Origin: an uncultured Holophagales bacterium | Lineage (GTDB): Bacteria > Acidobacteriota > Thermoanaerobaculia > Multivoradales > UBA5704 | Direction: 5' to 3' | Assembly (NCBI GenBank): GCA_963842525.1 | Contig: CAWJGT010000003.1 | Location: forward strand, 64,001-128,000 | DNA: 64,000 nt | Position numbers and translations under genes: made by a program | Shown here: positions 1 through 9,884 of the stretch, piece after piece | Numbering within the stretch: the stretch's first letter is position 1 | Layout: each line of letters begins with the position of its first letter | The notes under the pieces: model-generated | Database searches by the model: none | Seen by the model: the letters and a program-made list of their open reading frames with translations, nothing else | What the model was told of the DNA's origin: nothing

Positions 1-881
1 TTGAGATATCCGTGCGTGAACAGCCTGCGCACCCACAATTGCAGCGGCGTGAAGAGCCGCAGCGGGAACGACGCTCGGCGCGCCAGGACAATCCCCTGGC
101 ACAACGTCCGGCCGTCCTCCAGAGGCTCCATCACGAGGAGGAAGCCGCTTCGCACGCGGGCGAAGTCGGAGGTGATCACGGCGAAGGTCCCGCCCCAGAT
201 CGTCAGCGTGATCTTCACCGTACGCCCCGCGCCGACCCGCAGGAAGTGGTCGAAGATCGTATGCCCCACGACTTTCGCCTCGTAGCTGTTGCGCCGCGCG
301 AAAGGAGCCGGGCAGTCGATCGCGGGCGGCCCCAACAACTCGCGGTCGTGGACGGCCGCGAAGTGCTGCCGGTCGAACGCGTGCGCCGAATTCATGTACC
401 AGGTGCAGTCGGCGACATAGCTGAACAGCTTCGCCGCCACGAAGTCCTGCGGCTCCGCGTCCAGGAAGAAGGGCAACGGAAAAGGAGCCTCGCTCCCGTT
501 GAAGAAGAAGAGATAGCCATGCCGCTCCTCGACGGGATAGGTCCGCAGGCAGGCAAAGGAGGGAATGTGCGATGAATTCGGGATCGACGTGCAGACGCCG
601 TCCGTGCCATAGCGCCAGTTGTGGAACGGACATTGAATCGTCTCGCCGACCACCGATCCCAGGCCGAGGTCCGCGCCCAGGTGCGTGCAATGCGCGTCCA
701 TGAGCGCGACGCGTCCGCTCGCCGTCCGAAAAGCCACCAACTGCCGTCCCAGGATGCGCTTGGAGAGAGGGCCCTGGAGCAACTGCCGGCTCTCGCAGAA
801 GAGATACCACGACGGCGGATAGGCGGAGAAGGCGTCCGCCGGAGGAGCCTTGGGTAGACTAATGGATGACTTTCCCAGCAT
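1..881 (-). CDS. Rieske [2Fe-2S] non-heme iron oxygenase (3' end outside window)
   Basis: Not in the ORF track because it has no stop in the window. Manual translation from ATG at 881 (overlaps the desaturase end, GGAG upstream): MLGKSSISLPKAPPADAFSAYPPSWYLF...MDAHCTHLGADLGLG...IQCPFHNWRYG, a Rieske CxH/CPFH motif. Downstream NSAHAFDRQHFAAVH resembles the mononuclear Fe site. Confidence 0.88.
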   Translation of the reverse strand, partial: MLGKSSISLPKAPPADAFSAYPPSWYLFCESRQLLQGPLSKRILGRQLVAFRTASGRVALMDAHCTHLGADLGLGSVVGETIQCPFHNWRYGTDGVCTSIPNSSHIPSFACLRTYPVEERHGYLFFFNGSEAPFPLPFFLDAEPQDFVAAKLFSYVADCTWYMNSAHAFDRQHFAAVHDRELLGPPAIDCPAPFARRNSYEAKVVGHTIFDHFLRVGAGRTVKITLTIWGGTFAVITSDFARVRSGFLLVMEPLEDGRTLCQGIVLARRASFPLRLFTPLQLWVRRLFTHGYL

Positions 882-1779
882 AGCGATTCTCCACGCGCTC
901 ATCGGAAAACTGCGGGCCGCGCCATTCGTGCAGATAGGCCTTGAGCAGGCTGCCGCGCCCCTCCTCCCGGGAGGAGAGAGAGGGCAGATGGATCCACGGG
1001 ACCGTCGGGCGCATGTGATGATTCAGATGCCAGTTGTGGTTCAGCCAGACGAGGTCGAGCAGCCGGAACGTGCGCAGGTTCAGCGCCCCCTTCTGCACAT
1101 GGCGCTCTGTCCCGTAATGGTGCGCGTACTGCATCGCCGACCAGGTGAGCCCGAAGCCGAACAGCACCACCAGGTAGGAAAGAATAGGAATGCTCCAGAA
1201 ATAGATCAGCGCGGCATGCAGGAGGATCGCCGCCAGCGCCTCCGCCTGGATGAGCCGGCGGTATTTCGGGTTCAACGACTCCAGGAAGGCTTCCGTGGGC
1301 CGGTTGAACTTCGTATAGCGCGGTGTGATGATCGACGGCCGCAGCGCAACGACGAAATTGGTGAGGAGGATGAGCACCCAGAACATCCCCGTGAGCGTGC
1401 CGTAGAGCTGGACGTATTTCCAGAAGCGGTTCTCGTCCTCGAAATACAGGTCGAACGCTTCGTCGTCCGAGCGGTTGCGGATGTGATGGCCGATGTGTCC
1501 CTGGCGGATCAGGTGGAACGGCGCGGGGAAGAAGAGCGCCAGGATGGCCCCCACGGTTTGATTGACCTTGGGATTCGGATGCAGGAGGTTGTGCTCGGCC
1601 TCGTGCAGCATCGCGTAGCCCGAGTTCATCGTGATCCCATAGGCCAGGGACAGCAACGCGATCCAGCCCCAGGAATCGACCTGGCCCGTTGCCCAGAGGA
1701 TTGCACAGAGGCAGACGACCTGAGCCGCAGCGATGCCGAGGTTCAGCCGCGCGGGGATCGGAAACTCGGAACGGCTCAT
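859..1779 (-). CDS. Membrane fatty-acid desaturase family protein
   Basis: C-terminal part of ORF 859..2451 from MSRSEFP (ATGA overlap with the upstream gene). Three His boxes (HEAEH, HIGHH, HNWHLNHH) and hydrophobic segments. Confidence 0.88.
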   Translation of the reverse strand: MSRSEFPIPARLNLGIAAAQVVCLCAILWATGQVDSWGWIALLSLAYGITMNSGYAMLHEAEHNLLHPNPKVNQTVGAILALFFPAPFHLIRQGHIGHHIRNRSDDEAFDLYFEDENRFWKYVQLYGTLTGMFWVLILLTNFVVALRPSIITPRYTKFNRPTEAFLESLNPKYRRLIQAEALAAILLHAALIYFWSIPILSYLVVLFGFGLTWSAMQYAHHYGTERHVQKGALNLRTFRLLDLVWLNHNWHLNHHMRPTVPWIHLPSLSSREEGRGSLLKAYLHEWRGPQFSDERVENRYAGKVIH

Positions 1780-2684
1780 GGTACGACCTCCAGCCGTGGG
1801 TGATAACCACAGAGCTTCAAGCCGCGGAATTCCGGCGCTCGATCGAAGCGGGCGAACGTCCTTGGGACGATCTCGCGCGAGTAGAGGGACTTCCTGTACG
1901 CCTCGTCCCGGGACAGCGCCAGCAGCTCGCGCCGCATTTCGGGCAGGCGCTCGCGCAGCTCCGGCAGCTCGCGCACCAGCTCGTCGAGTACGTGCAGTTG
2001 GGCGCGCTTCGGTGCCGCGAAGAATTCCTCCATCATCCAGGCGAACAGCTTCGCATTCATCGTGCGCAGGAAGGGGCGAGCACGCAGCCACAGCGCATCG
2101 AGGAGCTCCTCGTCCCAGCGCACATGCCGCGCTTCGTCCGCCAGATGAAGCCGATGCGTCGCGACGAAGGAGGGCTCGATCGTCGTCGGATTGCGGAGAT
2201 AGCTTCGCGAATAGAACAGGGACCGTTCCTCCTGGAGGAGCATCAGCCAGAGGAACAGAGGGAAGGAGAGCGGGTGATTCACGGTCCACCGCAGGACCGG
2301 CACCAACACGGCAGGGGTCTTGATGAAACAGGTATTCCGGTTGCCATAAAGGTGAGGGGCACAGCGCTGGTTGAGCCGCCGGAACATCTCCGTATGCTGC
2401 CGTTCCTCGTCGCGAAACTGCCGCAGCCCTTCGGCAAGCCGGTCCGGCCACGGCTCGCGAAGCAACGCGGCGAGGAGCGGCCCGAGGGCCGCTTCGAAAA
2501 ACATGATCTGTTCGTTGAAGTAGAGCGCGTGGAGCTGGTTGTACCGCAGGCGCTGCTCCGCCGTGAGCTCCCGGTACGACGGTGTGTAGAAGAGAGGCGT
2601 GAGCTCGGCCGGAATGAAGGGTTTCCCTACATCGAGGGGAGCCTCTTCAAGGAGGGACGCCACCGCCATTGCATTCATGGTCAT
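1776..2684 (-). CDS. AurF/CmlI-like diiron oxygenase (ferritin-like)
   Basis: Ligand pattern FFE...EERQH...QEE...HLADEARH (H-x3-E-x2-H) matches AurF-type diiron N-oxygenases. Confidence 0.8.
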   Translation of the reverse strand: MTMNAMAVASLLEEAPLDVGKPFIPAELTPLFYTPSYRELTAEQRLRYNQLHALYFNEQIMFFEAALGPLLAALLREPWPDRLAEGLRQFRDEERQHTEMFRRLNQRCAPHLYGNRNTCFIKTPAVLVPVLRWTVNHPLSFPLFLWLMLLQEERSLFYSRSYLRNPTTIEPSFVATHRLHLADEARHVRWDEELLDALWLRARPFLRTMNAKLFAWMMEEFFAAPKRAQLHVLDELVRELPELRERLPEMRRELLALSRDEAYRKSLYSREIVPRTFARFDRAPEFRGLKLCGYHPRLEVVP

Positions 2685-2690
2685 TCGAGT

Positions 2691-4232
2691 CTATGCCTCG
2701 TACACAGCAGCGTCAACGTGTTTTCCGAACACCTCGGCCCATCCAGGCTCCGGCGACAGGGCCAGCGGCTTGACGTCGCCCAGCCGCTGGCCGCGCTGGC
2801 GGCAGCGGTCCAGATACAGGGCAAAGGCACCCTCGTCCAGCGGCGCGACCGTCACCGGCGCGAGCTGACCGAGCTGGCGGCAGAGACGGTATTGCGGGTT
2901 GGCCGACAGCTCTTCGTCGAGGATCTCCGGGAGGGCTGGTGAATGGCTCCTGGATTCCAGATAAAGGATGTAGCCGGCCGGGAGCGCGCAGGCGGGAGCG
3001 AGCAGGGCAAAACGGGGCGCCAGGCCGACGCGCCGGAACGCACGGTCGAGAGCTCCGGCCACGAAGGCTTCGTGAAGCTTTTCGCCGCGCAGGTCGGAGA
3101 CGTGGCCCTCCTTGCCAAGGAAGCGGAGAGAAGGCGTGCGGCCGAGGAAGCCTTCGACGCGCACGCGGTCTTCCAATCGGTAGCGGTAGAGCCCGCCGCC
3201 GGTCGTCACCACCACCGAATATATGCCCCCCTCCTCGAGCTCCCACGCGAAACGCGGATGTCCGTCCTCGAGGAATTCGAAAACGTGAGAGCGGATCGCG
3301 AGCGGCCATTTTCCCGCGAAAGGAATCGTCACGAACCCTTCCGTGGCAAGCAGCCCTTTGGGCTGGATCTCCACTCCCGGGAATCTGCGCGCCAGGCCGG
3401 AAAGAGCGAGGGCCGCATGAGCGTCCCCCCAGCAACTGATCAGGCCGAGGCGAGGCCAGATGCGGACCGGCTCTTCCGGAGAGAGGCGCCGCAGCTCGGC
3501 GGCCCGGCGCGGATCGAGGTCCCGCAGGAGGGATTCCCAGAACGCCGGCAGGGCCTCCAGCAGGAGAGTGAGGAAGCTCGGGTGCCAGACGGAAATCAAC
3601 GACAGATCGCGGCGTCGGAGGAGGAAGAGCAAAGTCACGTAGCGGAAGGTGTCGACATCCTTGATATGCCTGACAGCCCCTGGCACGGCCAGCGTGGCGT
3701 CGGCGAGCCGCTGCCAGAAGCCGCCCAGGTATGCGGCGTCCTCCTCGAAGCCGACCCGGACGGCCGAAGGCGCCTGCTCCTCGTTCGTCTCGATTGGGGT
3801 GATCGACCAGTAGGCCGAGCCGAGGGCGAGCCGGGGCCTGCACGCATAGAGGTCGAACACCCAGGGGGCCACGGCGTGGCGGATCTCCCGTTGCATCTCT
3901 GAAGTATAGGGAATGAGCTTCGCCGCCGCTGAGGAGCCGCCGGTGGGCTCCAGCGTCCGCACAGGCGAACGGGTCAGGACGCCGGCCTCGCCAACCCGGA
4001 TCCGCTCGACCCACGGCGCGACGTCCTCCCATGAAGCAAGGGGAACCCGGTCCTGGTATTCCTCCGCGGTCCGGATCTCCCCGAAGCGGTGCGCGCGGCC
4101 GAAGGCGGTGCCGGCGCTGTCACGAAGGTAGCCTCGAAGGAGGGCACGCTGGATGGCCTCCGGGTCGTCGAGGGCCTGGCGGAAGCGGAGGTAGCCAGGG
4201 AGATTGGCTGCGAGCCAGGGGAGGGACCTCAC
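2691..4232 (-). CDS. GH3-family adenylating acyl-acid amido synthetase
   Basis: Motifs EPTGGSS..KLIPYT, GLLATEGFVTIP, VVTTGGGLYRYRLEDRV and GEKL. Start uncertain because a palindromic repeat sits at the 5' end; GTG at 4232 is in frame. Confidence 0.85.
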   Translation of the reverse strand: MRSLPWLAANLPGYLRFRQALDDPEAIQRALLRGYLRDSAGTAFGRAHRFGEIRTAEEYQDRVPLASWEDVAPWVERIRVGEAGVLTRSPVRTLEPTGGSSAAAKLIPYTSEMQREIRHAVAPWVFDLYACRPRLALGSAYWSITPIETNEEQAPSAVRVGFEEDAAYLGGFWQRLADATLAVPGAVRHIKDVDTFRYVTLLFLLRRRDLSLISVWHPSFLTLLLEALPAFWESLLRDLDPRRAAELRRLSPEEPVRIWPRLGLISCWGDAHAALALSGLARRFPGVEIQPKGLLATEGFVTIPFAGKWPLAIRSHVFEFLEDGHPRFAWELEEGGIYSVVVTTGGGLYRYRLEDRVRVEGFLGRTPSLRFLGKEGHVSDLRGEKLHEAFVAGALDRAFRRVGLAPRFALLAPACALPAGYILYLESRSHSPALPEILDEELSANPQYRLCRQLGQLAPVTVAPLDEGAFALYLDRCRQRGQRLGDVKPLALSPEPGWAEVFGKHVDAAVYEA

Positions 4233-4418
4233 CCCCTGTCCCCCTCTCCCATCGCCCCCCCACCGACCGGGAGAGGGGGGACGTTGTTGAAGCTTCCTTT
4301 GCGAGTCCATGGCCGTTTCGAGGCACATGGCTTCGACCTTGCCACTGGGGCACAAGCCACGTTCCCCCTCTCCCGGTCGGTGGGGGGGCGACGGGAGAGG
4401 GGGCTAGGGGGTGAGGTC
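4225..4418. repeat. REP/REPIN-like inverted-repeat element, copy A
   Basis: Arms GACCTCACCCCCTGTCCCCCTCTCCC...GGGAGAGGGGG and the reverse complement around a unique core; same family at 9173, 14673 and 36059. Confidence 0.9.
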
Positions 4419-5113
4419 ATCCCCACATCCTCCGCCCCGCCCGCGTCAAGTTTTCTTCCGCCAACTCGGTCAGACAGACGAGGCTCGTCCCCTCGCACCC
4501 AGCCGGGGTTCCTCTCCAGGAAGAAGGCCACGTGAGGATCTTCCAGCCGGCCCGGCGGGATCTCGGCGCATCCCTCCCGCAGCACCTGCGGCTCTGGGAA
4601 GCGGACGATCCCTTCCTTGTCTCGATAGAGATCGCCGAATCGCTCTCGGGCGAGGAAGCCGAGCAGCTCCCGGACCTCCGGCGGTGTCGTGCCGTCGTGG
4701 CGCGGCCAGAAATCTCGCCAGAAGACGGGGAGGAAGCGGTAGGTGCGGAAGCCCGAGGTCAGGAGCAGCCACCAGAGCCTTCCCCGGGGATTGCTCTCGC
4801 GCAGCGTGCGGACCGCGGCGATCCAGCAGCGGGGGAGCGCGGCGGTGCCCCAGGCGTCCTGCTCGACGATCGTGTCTCCCGAGTAGACGACGGTGACCGG
4901 CTCGCCTCCCGGCGGTGTCGTTTCGTAGATCCGGAGCGTCGAAAAGCCCCGGAGGCAGCCGTCCTCTTCGAGGAGCAGCGCCCAGTTCTTTTCGGCGAGA
5001 TCGGCTGCGAAGCGCTCGCGCGTGACCCCGGCGAAGTAGGCGGCGAGCAGATCGAGCATCGCCTCCCGCTCCGCGCTTGTCAGCTCTTCGCGACGCACCA
5101 GACGACCCCTCAC
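4417..5113 (-). CDS. GNAT-like acyltransferase/hypothetical protein (one apparent +1 indel near 4483)
   Basis: GTG at 5113 overlaps the upstream TGA. VRGRLVRREEL...VVYSGDTIV...WLLLTSGFRTYRFLP...NPGWVRGDE continues as LVCLTELAEENLTRAGRRMWG* after removing one C. Confidence 0.65.
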
Positions 5114-6216
5114 AGCAGCGCCGCCTCGACATGGGGGAGGAGGCTGCCGTCGAGGGCCGGTTCCTCGTCTCCATCCCAGTGGACGGTGTACAGGACGCTC
5201 GCATATTCCCGCGGGCGGAAGCGGCGCTTCAGCCACGGCAGCCAGGGGTGGTGGGCCGCGAGGCCGAGGACCAGATAGGAGAGCCGCCGGGCACAGGCTT
5301 CCGCGTGGGCAGACTCCATGAGGGCCCGGAAGACCTCCGGATCGTCGCGGTCGACTGCCAGGTGCGAGACATACGCGTGCGGGAGCGGCTCGCCGGGATC
5401 GGGCAGGCGCGGCGTGCCCAGCCAGCGGCCGAGCCGGTTCAGAAGGGGGCGCCAGCGGGCGAGGCGCGGGCCGTAGCCGCGGACCACCACCTGTTTGAAC
5501 GAGCTCTGGTCCCAGATTGCCAGGCAGCCTACCACCTCGCCGTCCACCATGGCCAGCCGGAAATCCTCCGGCGCCAGCCCGCGGCTGCGCTCGTTCGACA
5601 GGAGCTCGGCCTCGGTGAAGAAGGGGGCCGCCTGGTAGCGACGGCGATTGCGCGCCAGGCAAGCCGCCACTTCGCCCATCAGTCTGTGCGTGCCGCGCTC
5701 GATGTGGACCGACGCTCGTCCGCGACGCGGACGGAGCGCCGGCAGGATCAGTGTCGAGAAGCCTGCCAGCTCGCGATAGCGGGGCAGACCCGGCACGCTC
5801 GCTTCGAGGAGGCGGCGGGCCATGCGGTTGTCCGCGATGATCGAGGTCACGTCGAAGGGAGCTTCGTCCGGCCGCCGGAGATCCTTCAGGATCCGGTAGC
5901 CGCCGGCGAGGAGCCGGACCCGTCCCCGGTAGGCCCGGTCGAGCCGGAGCTGGGCGAGGTAGCCCAGCCGTCGCGGCGTGCCGTCCACAAAGGCGTTCCA
6001 GACCGACCGGCTGCCCATCCCCACGATCTCTCCTGTCGCCGGATCGCGGGCGACCACCGTGTGATGCGGCTCCCCCTCGACTCCGGCGGCCAAGAAGGCG
6101 CTCGGCTCCCGCTCCAGGGAGACCCGGATCTCTCCCTCCATGGGGTTGTCGCGCAGCAGACGCCGGAGCCCCGCGTCGTCTTCCGGGTTCTCCGGGGTTG
6201 CGAGCTCGATCCTCAC
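5110..6216 (-). CDS. GNAT-fold acyltransferase-like protein (about 368 aa)
   Basis: C-terminal part of ORF 5110..7740 from VRIELATPE; GYLAQLRLDRAYRGR resembles GNAT motif A. Confidence 0.65.
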   Translation of the reverse strand: MRIELATPENPEDDAGLRRLLRDNPMEGEIRVSLEREPSAFLAAGVEGEPHHTVVARDPATGEIVGMGSRSVWNAFVDGTPRRLGYLAQLRLDRAYRGRVRLLAGGYRILKDLRRPDEAPFDVTSIIADNRMARRLLEASVPGLPRYRELAGFSTLILPALRPRRGRASVHIERGTHRLMGEVAACLARNRRRYQAAPFFTEAELLSNERSRGLAPEDFRLAMVDGEVVGCLAIWDQSSFKQVVVRGYGPRLARWRPLLNRLGRWLGTPRLPDPGEPLPHAYVSHLAVDRDDPEVFRALMESAHAEACARRLSYLVLGLAAHHPWLPWLKRRFRPREYASVLYTVHWDGDEEPALDGSLLPHVEAALL

Positions 6217-6227
6217 TCTGGCCTTTC

Positions 6228-7586
6228 TCAGCTCGCCAACAGCAGCTCGCCCTGCCAGCCCTCGTCGCCCAGCGGAAAACGGTTGCGGCCGTCGACGTCC
6301 GAGCGGTGGAGGTAGTTGATGAGGAAGAAGTTGCGGAACATGAAGCCGTCCGACCGGTTCACCCGGTCGACGGACCGCCGCAGGATGCTCGGCCAGGAGT
6401 AGAAGGACCGCCGGGCCTCGACGCAGCAGCGCTCGACCTCCTCGGCCGTCATGCTCGCGGGCCGGAAGGGGACCTTGTTGTAGCTGTACTCGTCGTCCAG
6501 CCACCAGGCCTCGTAGAGGAGCTTGCCCTCGGCTTCCAGGCGCCGGTAGAGCGGCGTGCCCGGGAACGGCGTCAGATGGTTGAAGGCCGCGATATAGAAG
6601 CCATGCTCGCGCGCGAAGGCCACGGTCTCCGGGAAGCAGCCCGGCGTGTCGTCGTCGTAGCCGAAGATGAAGGTGCCATAGAGGCGGATGCCGTGCCGCC
6701 GCAGGTTTGCGAGCGCCTTGAGATAGCCGCCGCGCATGGTGTTGAAGCTCTTGTTCATGACGCGGAGGTTGTCCGGGTTGAGGCTCTCGAAGCCGATCAG
6801 CACGCCGCGGCAGCCGCTGCGCCGCAGGAGGTCGAGCAACTCCTCGTCGTGCGCGGCGTTGATGCTCGCCTGGCTGACCCAGCGGATGCCCAGCGGGATG
6901 AGGGCGCGGTAGAAGTCCTTGGCCTCCTGGAGGTTCGAGGTGATGTTGTCGTCGACGAAGAAGATCAGGCGCGCCTGATGGCGGATCTCCTCGATCTCGG
7001 CAAGGATCTCGTCGATCGGCCGCCGGGTCTGGGTGGCGCCGAAGACGGTCTGGACGGCGCAGAAGTCGCAGCGGAAGTGGCAGCCGCGGCCGGCCTCGAC
7101 GAGCCCGATGGGAAGATAGCGCTTGCCGCGGAAGATCCGGCGGTCGGGGCGGACGCCGGCCAGCGACGTGCGTCCCTGCTGGCGGTAGAGCTTGCGGGGA
7201 CGGCCGTGGCGCCAGTCGTCGACCACCTCCGGCCACAGCGCCTCGGCCTCGCCGACCACGACCGCCTCGGCGTAGCGGGCCACCTCGTCGGGGCAGAGGC
7301 TGGCGTGGAAGCCGCCCATCACCACGGGCACGCCGCGGCGCCGGTACTCGGTGGCGATCTGGTAGGCCCGCCGGGCCGTGTAGGTCTCGACCGACATGGC
7401 CACGAGGTCGGTCGGCTCGTCGAAAGGGATCGCCTCCATCCGGTCGTCGTAGAAGCGGACCTCGACGTCCGGCGGAGTCAGGCCGGCGATCAGGGCCGGC
7501 GGCAGCGGCTCCATCTGCCAGGTGCGGATGTAGGACCGGTCGCCCGCGCGGCGGCCGATGCACGGGTGGATGAGGGTGAGCTTCAA
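6228..7586 (-). CDS. B12-binding radical SAM protein (second of pair)
   Basis: TTG at 7586 overlaps the upstream TGA. N-terminal cobalamin-binding domain (MEPLPPAL...VVMGGFHAS...VGEAE) followed by RGCHFRCDFC (CxxxCxxC). Confidence 0.9.
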   Translation of the reverse strand: MKLTLIHPCIGRRAGDRSYIRTWQMEPLPPALIAGLTPPDVEVRFYDDRMEAIPFDEPTDLVAMSVETYTARRAYQIATEYRRRGVPVVMGGFHASLCPDEVARYAEAVVVGEAEALWPEVVDDWRHGRPRKLYRQQGRTSLAGVRPDRRIFRGKRYLPIGLVEAGRGCHFRCDFCAVQTVFGATQTRRPIDEILAEIEEIRHQARLIFFVDDNITSNLQEAKDFYRALIPLGIRWVSQASINAAHDEELLDLLRRSGCRGVLIGFESLNPDNLRVMNKSFNTMRGGYLKALANLRRHGIRLYGTFIFGYDDDTPGCFPETVAFAREHGFYIAAFNHLTPFPGTPLYRRLEAEGKLLYEAWWLDDEYSYNKVPFRPASMTAEEVERCCVEARRSFYSWPSILRRSVDRVNRSDGFMFRNFFLINYLHRSDVDGRNRFPLGDEGWQGELLLAS

Positions 7587-8927
7587 GCCGCCTGCCTCGA
7601 CCGCCCCAGCCCCAGGATCCAGTCGCAGTTGTAGAAGCGGTGCAGGTTGTGCGCGTAGAAGCGGTAGCCGAGGTTGGTGCCAATGCGCACCGGCCAGGGG
7701 CTGGGTGACGCCGCGAGCCGCCGGACGATGGAGCGCACACTGTAGGCGTACCGCCAGGCTGTCTCGATTCCGCTCTGGAGCTGCTCGACGGTCATCTGCG
7801 CCGGCTGGAAGACGACGTGCTGGCCGTCGTAGAGCTCCCAGTTGCGGGTGAGGATGCGGCCTTCGCTGTCGAGCCGGTGGAACAGGGCGGTGCCGGGAAA
7901 GGGGGTCACCATGGCGAAGCGCGGCAGGTCGATCCTGGCCTCGACCGCGAACCGGGCGGTCTCCAGGAAGACCTCCGGCGTGTCGTGGTCCAGGCCGAAG
8001 ACGAAGCAGCCCTGGAGCGCGATGCCGTGCCGGTGGAGGGTCTCGACCAGCTCGCGGAAGCGCTCCGGAGAGTTGAAGGCCTTCTTCGAGTCGCGCAGGT
8101 TCTCCCGCGAGATCGACTCCAGGCCCATGAGGAGGCCCCGGCAGCCGCTTTTCTGGGCCAGAGCGAGCAGGTGAGGATCGTCGGCCAGGAGGACGGTCGC
8201 CAGCCCGTACCACTGGACCTTCAGCGGGATGAGCGCCTCGAACAGGCGCGCCGCGTAGTCGCGGTCCGCGATCAGGTTGAGGTCGACGAAGATCAGCTTG
8301 CGCGCCCGTTTCTGTCGGATGTCGGCGACCACGTCCTCGACCGGCTTCTGGTAGGGCTTCTGCCCCCAGGCGGACGGGACGACGCAGAAGTCGCACTTGT
8401 GGATGCAGCCGCGCGTGGCCTCGAAGACGTCGTCGGTGAGGAAATGGCTGCGGGGCAGCAGATCGCGCCGCGGGAAAGGGCGACCGGCGAGAGAGAGGCC
8501 CGGCCTGCTGGTCGTAGCGCGGGCGCAGGTGGCCGGCTGCGAAATCGCGCAGCAGCTCGGGCCAGCTCTCCTCGGCGTAGCCGACGACGATCGCAGTCGG
8601 CGTGCGGCTGGGCGTCCTCCGGAACCAGGGTGACGTGCGGGCCGCCGAGCACGACGGTGATGCCGCGGCGCGGAAGGCGGCGGCCAGCTCGTAGGCCCGC
8701 ACCGCCGTGCCGGTGATCACCGTCATTCCGATCAGGTCGGCCTCGATCGCCTGCGGATCGACCTCCTCGATGCCCTCGTCGACGAGGCGGATCTCGGCCT
8801 CCAGCTCCGCCGGCACCAGCGCGGCCAGCGTGGTGAGCGTCAGCGGCATGTAGCGGAGCGACTTCTTCCAGATGCCGCCCCGGTGGCGGTAGAGCGGCCC
8901 TTTGGGGGAGATCAGGACAATCCGCAT
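7583..8927 (-). CDS. B12-binding radical SAM protein (first of pair; three apparent single-base indels near 8665, 8596, 8503)
   Basis: MRIVLISPKG...VVLGGPHVT...VGYAE...EATRGCIHKCDFC...FVDLNL...GLES...TPFPGT reconstructed across three frames. Confidence 0.85.
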
Positions 8928-9153
8928 GACCTATCGTCGTTCTCCGCTCTCTCTCGCTGTCAACTCGCCAGGTCGCGAGGCATCGCGAATCGGAGGCAGC
9001 GAAGTCCGTGCCAGGCCGCCTGAGACGCACAAGCGCCTGTGAACCCGGGAATGTGCCGCGGCCTGGGCGGTTTTCCCGAGGGACATTGCGTGTACGCGGG
9101 GTCTACAGGGAGTGTACGCCTGGCGCAGAAGATTACAGGGCCTCGTCAAGGTC

Positions 9154-9358
9154 GGTGGTGGCGCGGGCGGGAGACCTCACCCCCTGTCCCCCTCTCCCAT
9201 CTCCCACCCTTCCATCCCCGGGAGAGGGGGGACGTAGTTGATGCCCATGTGGCGAGCTCGCGGAAGGGCTTCGGATGCGTCCCCCCTCTCCTGGCGGGGG
9301 GTGGAAGGGAGATGGGAGAGGGGGACAGGGGGTGAGGTCTCCCGCCCGCGCCACCACC
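9154..9358. repeat. REP/REPIN-like inverted-repeat element, copy B (core 9173-9339 plus a 19-bp perfect outer inverted repeat)
   Basis: GGTGGTGGCGCGGGCGGGA-GACCTCACCCCC...GGGGGTGAGGTC-TCCCGCCCGCGCCACCACC. Confidence 0.9.
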
Positions 9359-9367
9359 AACCTGTCC

Positions 9368-9884
9368 GCCCTTCGCGCAGAGCCAAAGACATGTGACTCT
9401 GGCCCTGCGCCATGTGTCTTTGCCGCTGCGTCATGGGCGGAGCGCCAGAGACTTTAGCCGCAGCTTCACTGCCAGGTGTCTTTGCGGCTCTGCCCTTGGC
9501 GCAGAGCCAAAGACATGTGACTCTGGCCCTGCGCCATGTGTCTTTGCCGCTGCGTCATGGGCGGAGCGCCAGAGACTTTAGCCGCAGCTTCACTGCCAGG
9601 TGTCTTTGCGGCTCTGCCCTTGGCGCAGAGCCAAAGACATGTGACTCTGGCTCTGCGCCATGTGTCTTTGCCGCTGCGTCATGGGCGGAGCGCCAGAGGC
9701 TTTAGCCGCAGCTTCACTGCCAGGTGTCTTTGCGGCTTTGCCCTTCGCGCAGAGCCAAAGGCATGTGACTCTGGCTCTGCGCCATGTGTCTTTGCCGTTG
9801 CGTCATGGGCGGAGCGCCAGAGGCTTCAGCCGCAGCTTCACTGCCAGGTGTCTTTGCGGCTCCGCCCATGGCGCAGAGCCAAAG
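9368..9884. repeat. Tandem array of about 4.2 copies of a 124-bp unit (two related 62-bp hairpin subunits)
   Basis: GCAGAGCCAAAG recurs at 9377, 9501, 9625, 9749 and 9873. Confidence 0.95.

Noticed and set aside
6228-8927. Single 899-aa radical SAM fusion ORF
   Set aside because: Artefact of indels. The middle is out-of-frame text, and two separate genes overlap at TTGA 7583-7586.
8930-9150. Cobalamin riboswitch upstream of the B12-rSAM genes
   Set aside because: No recognisable B12-box or conserved core by eye; a covariance-model scan would be needed.
9368-9884. CRISPR array
   Set aside because: Units are repeated in full with no unique spacers, and no cas genes are present.
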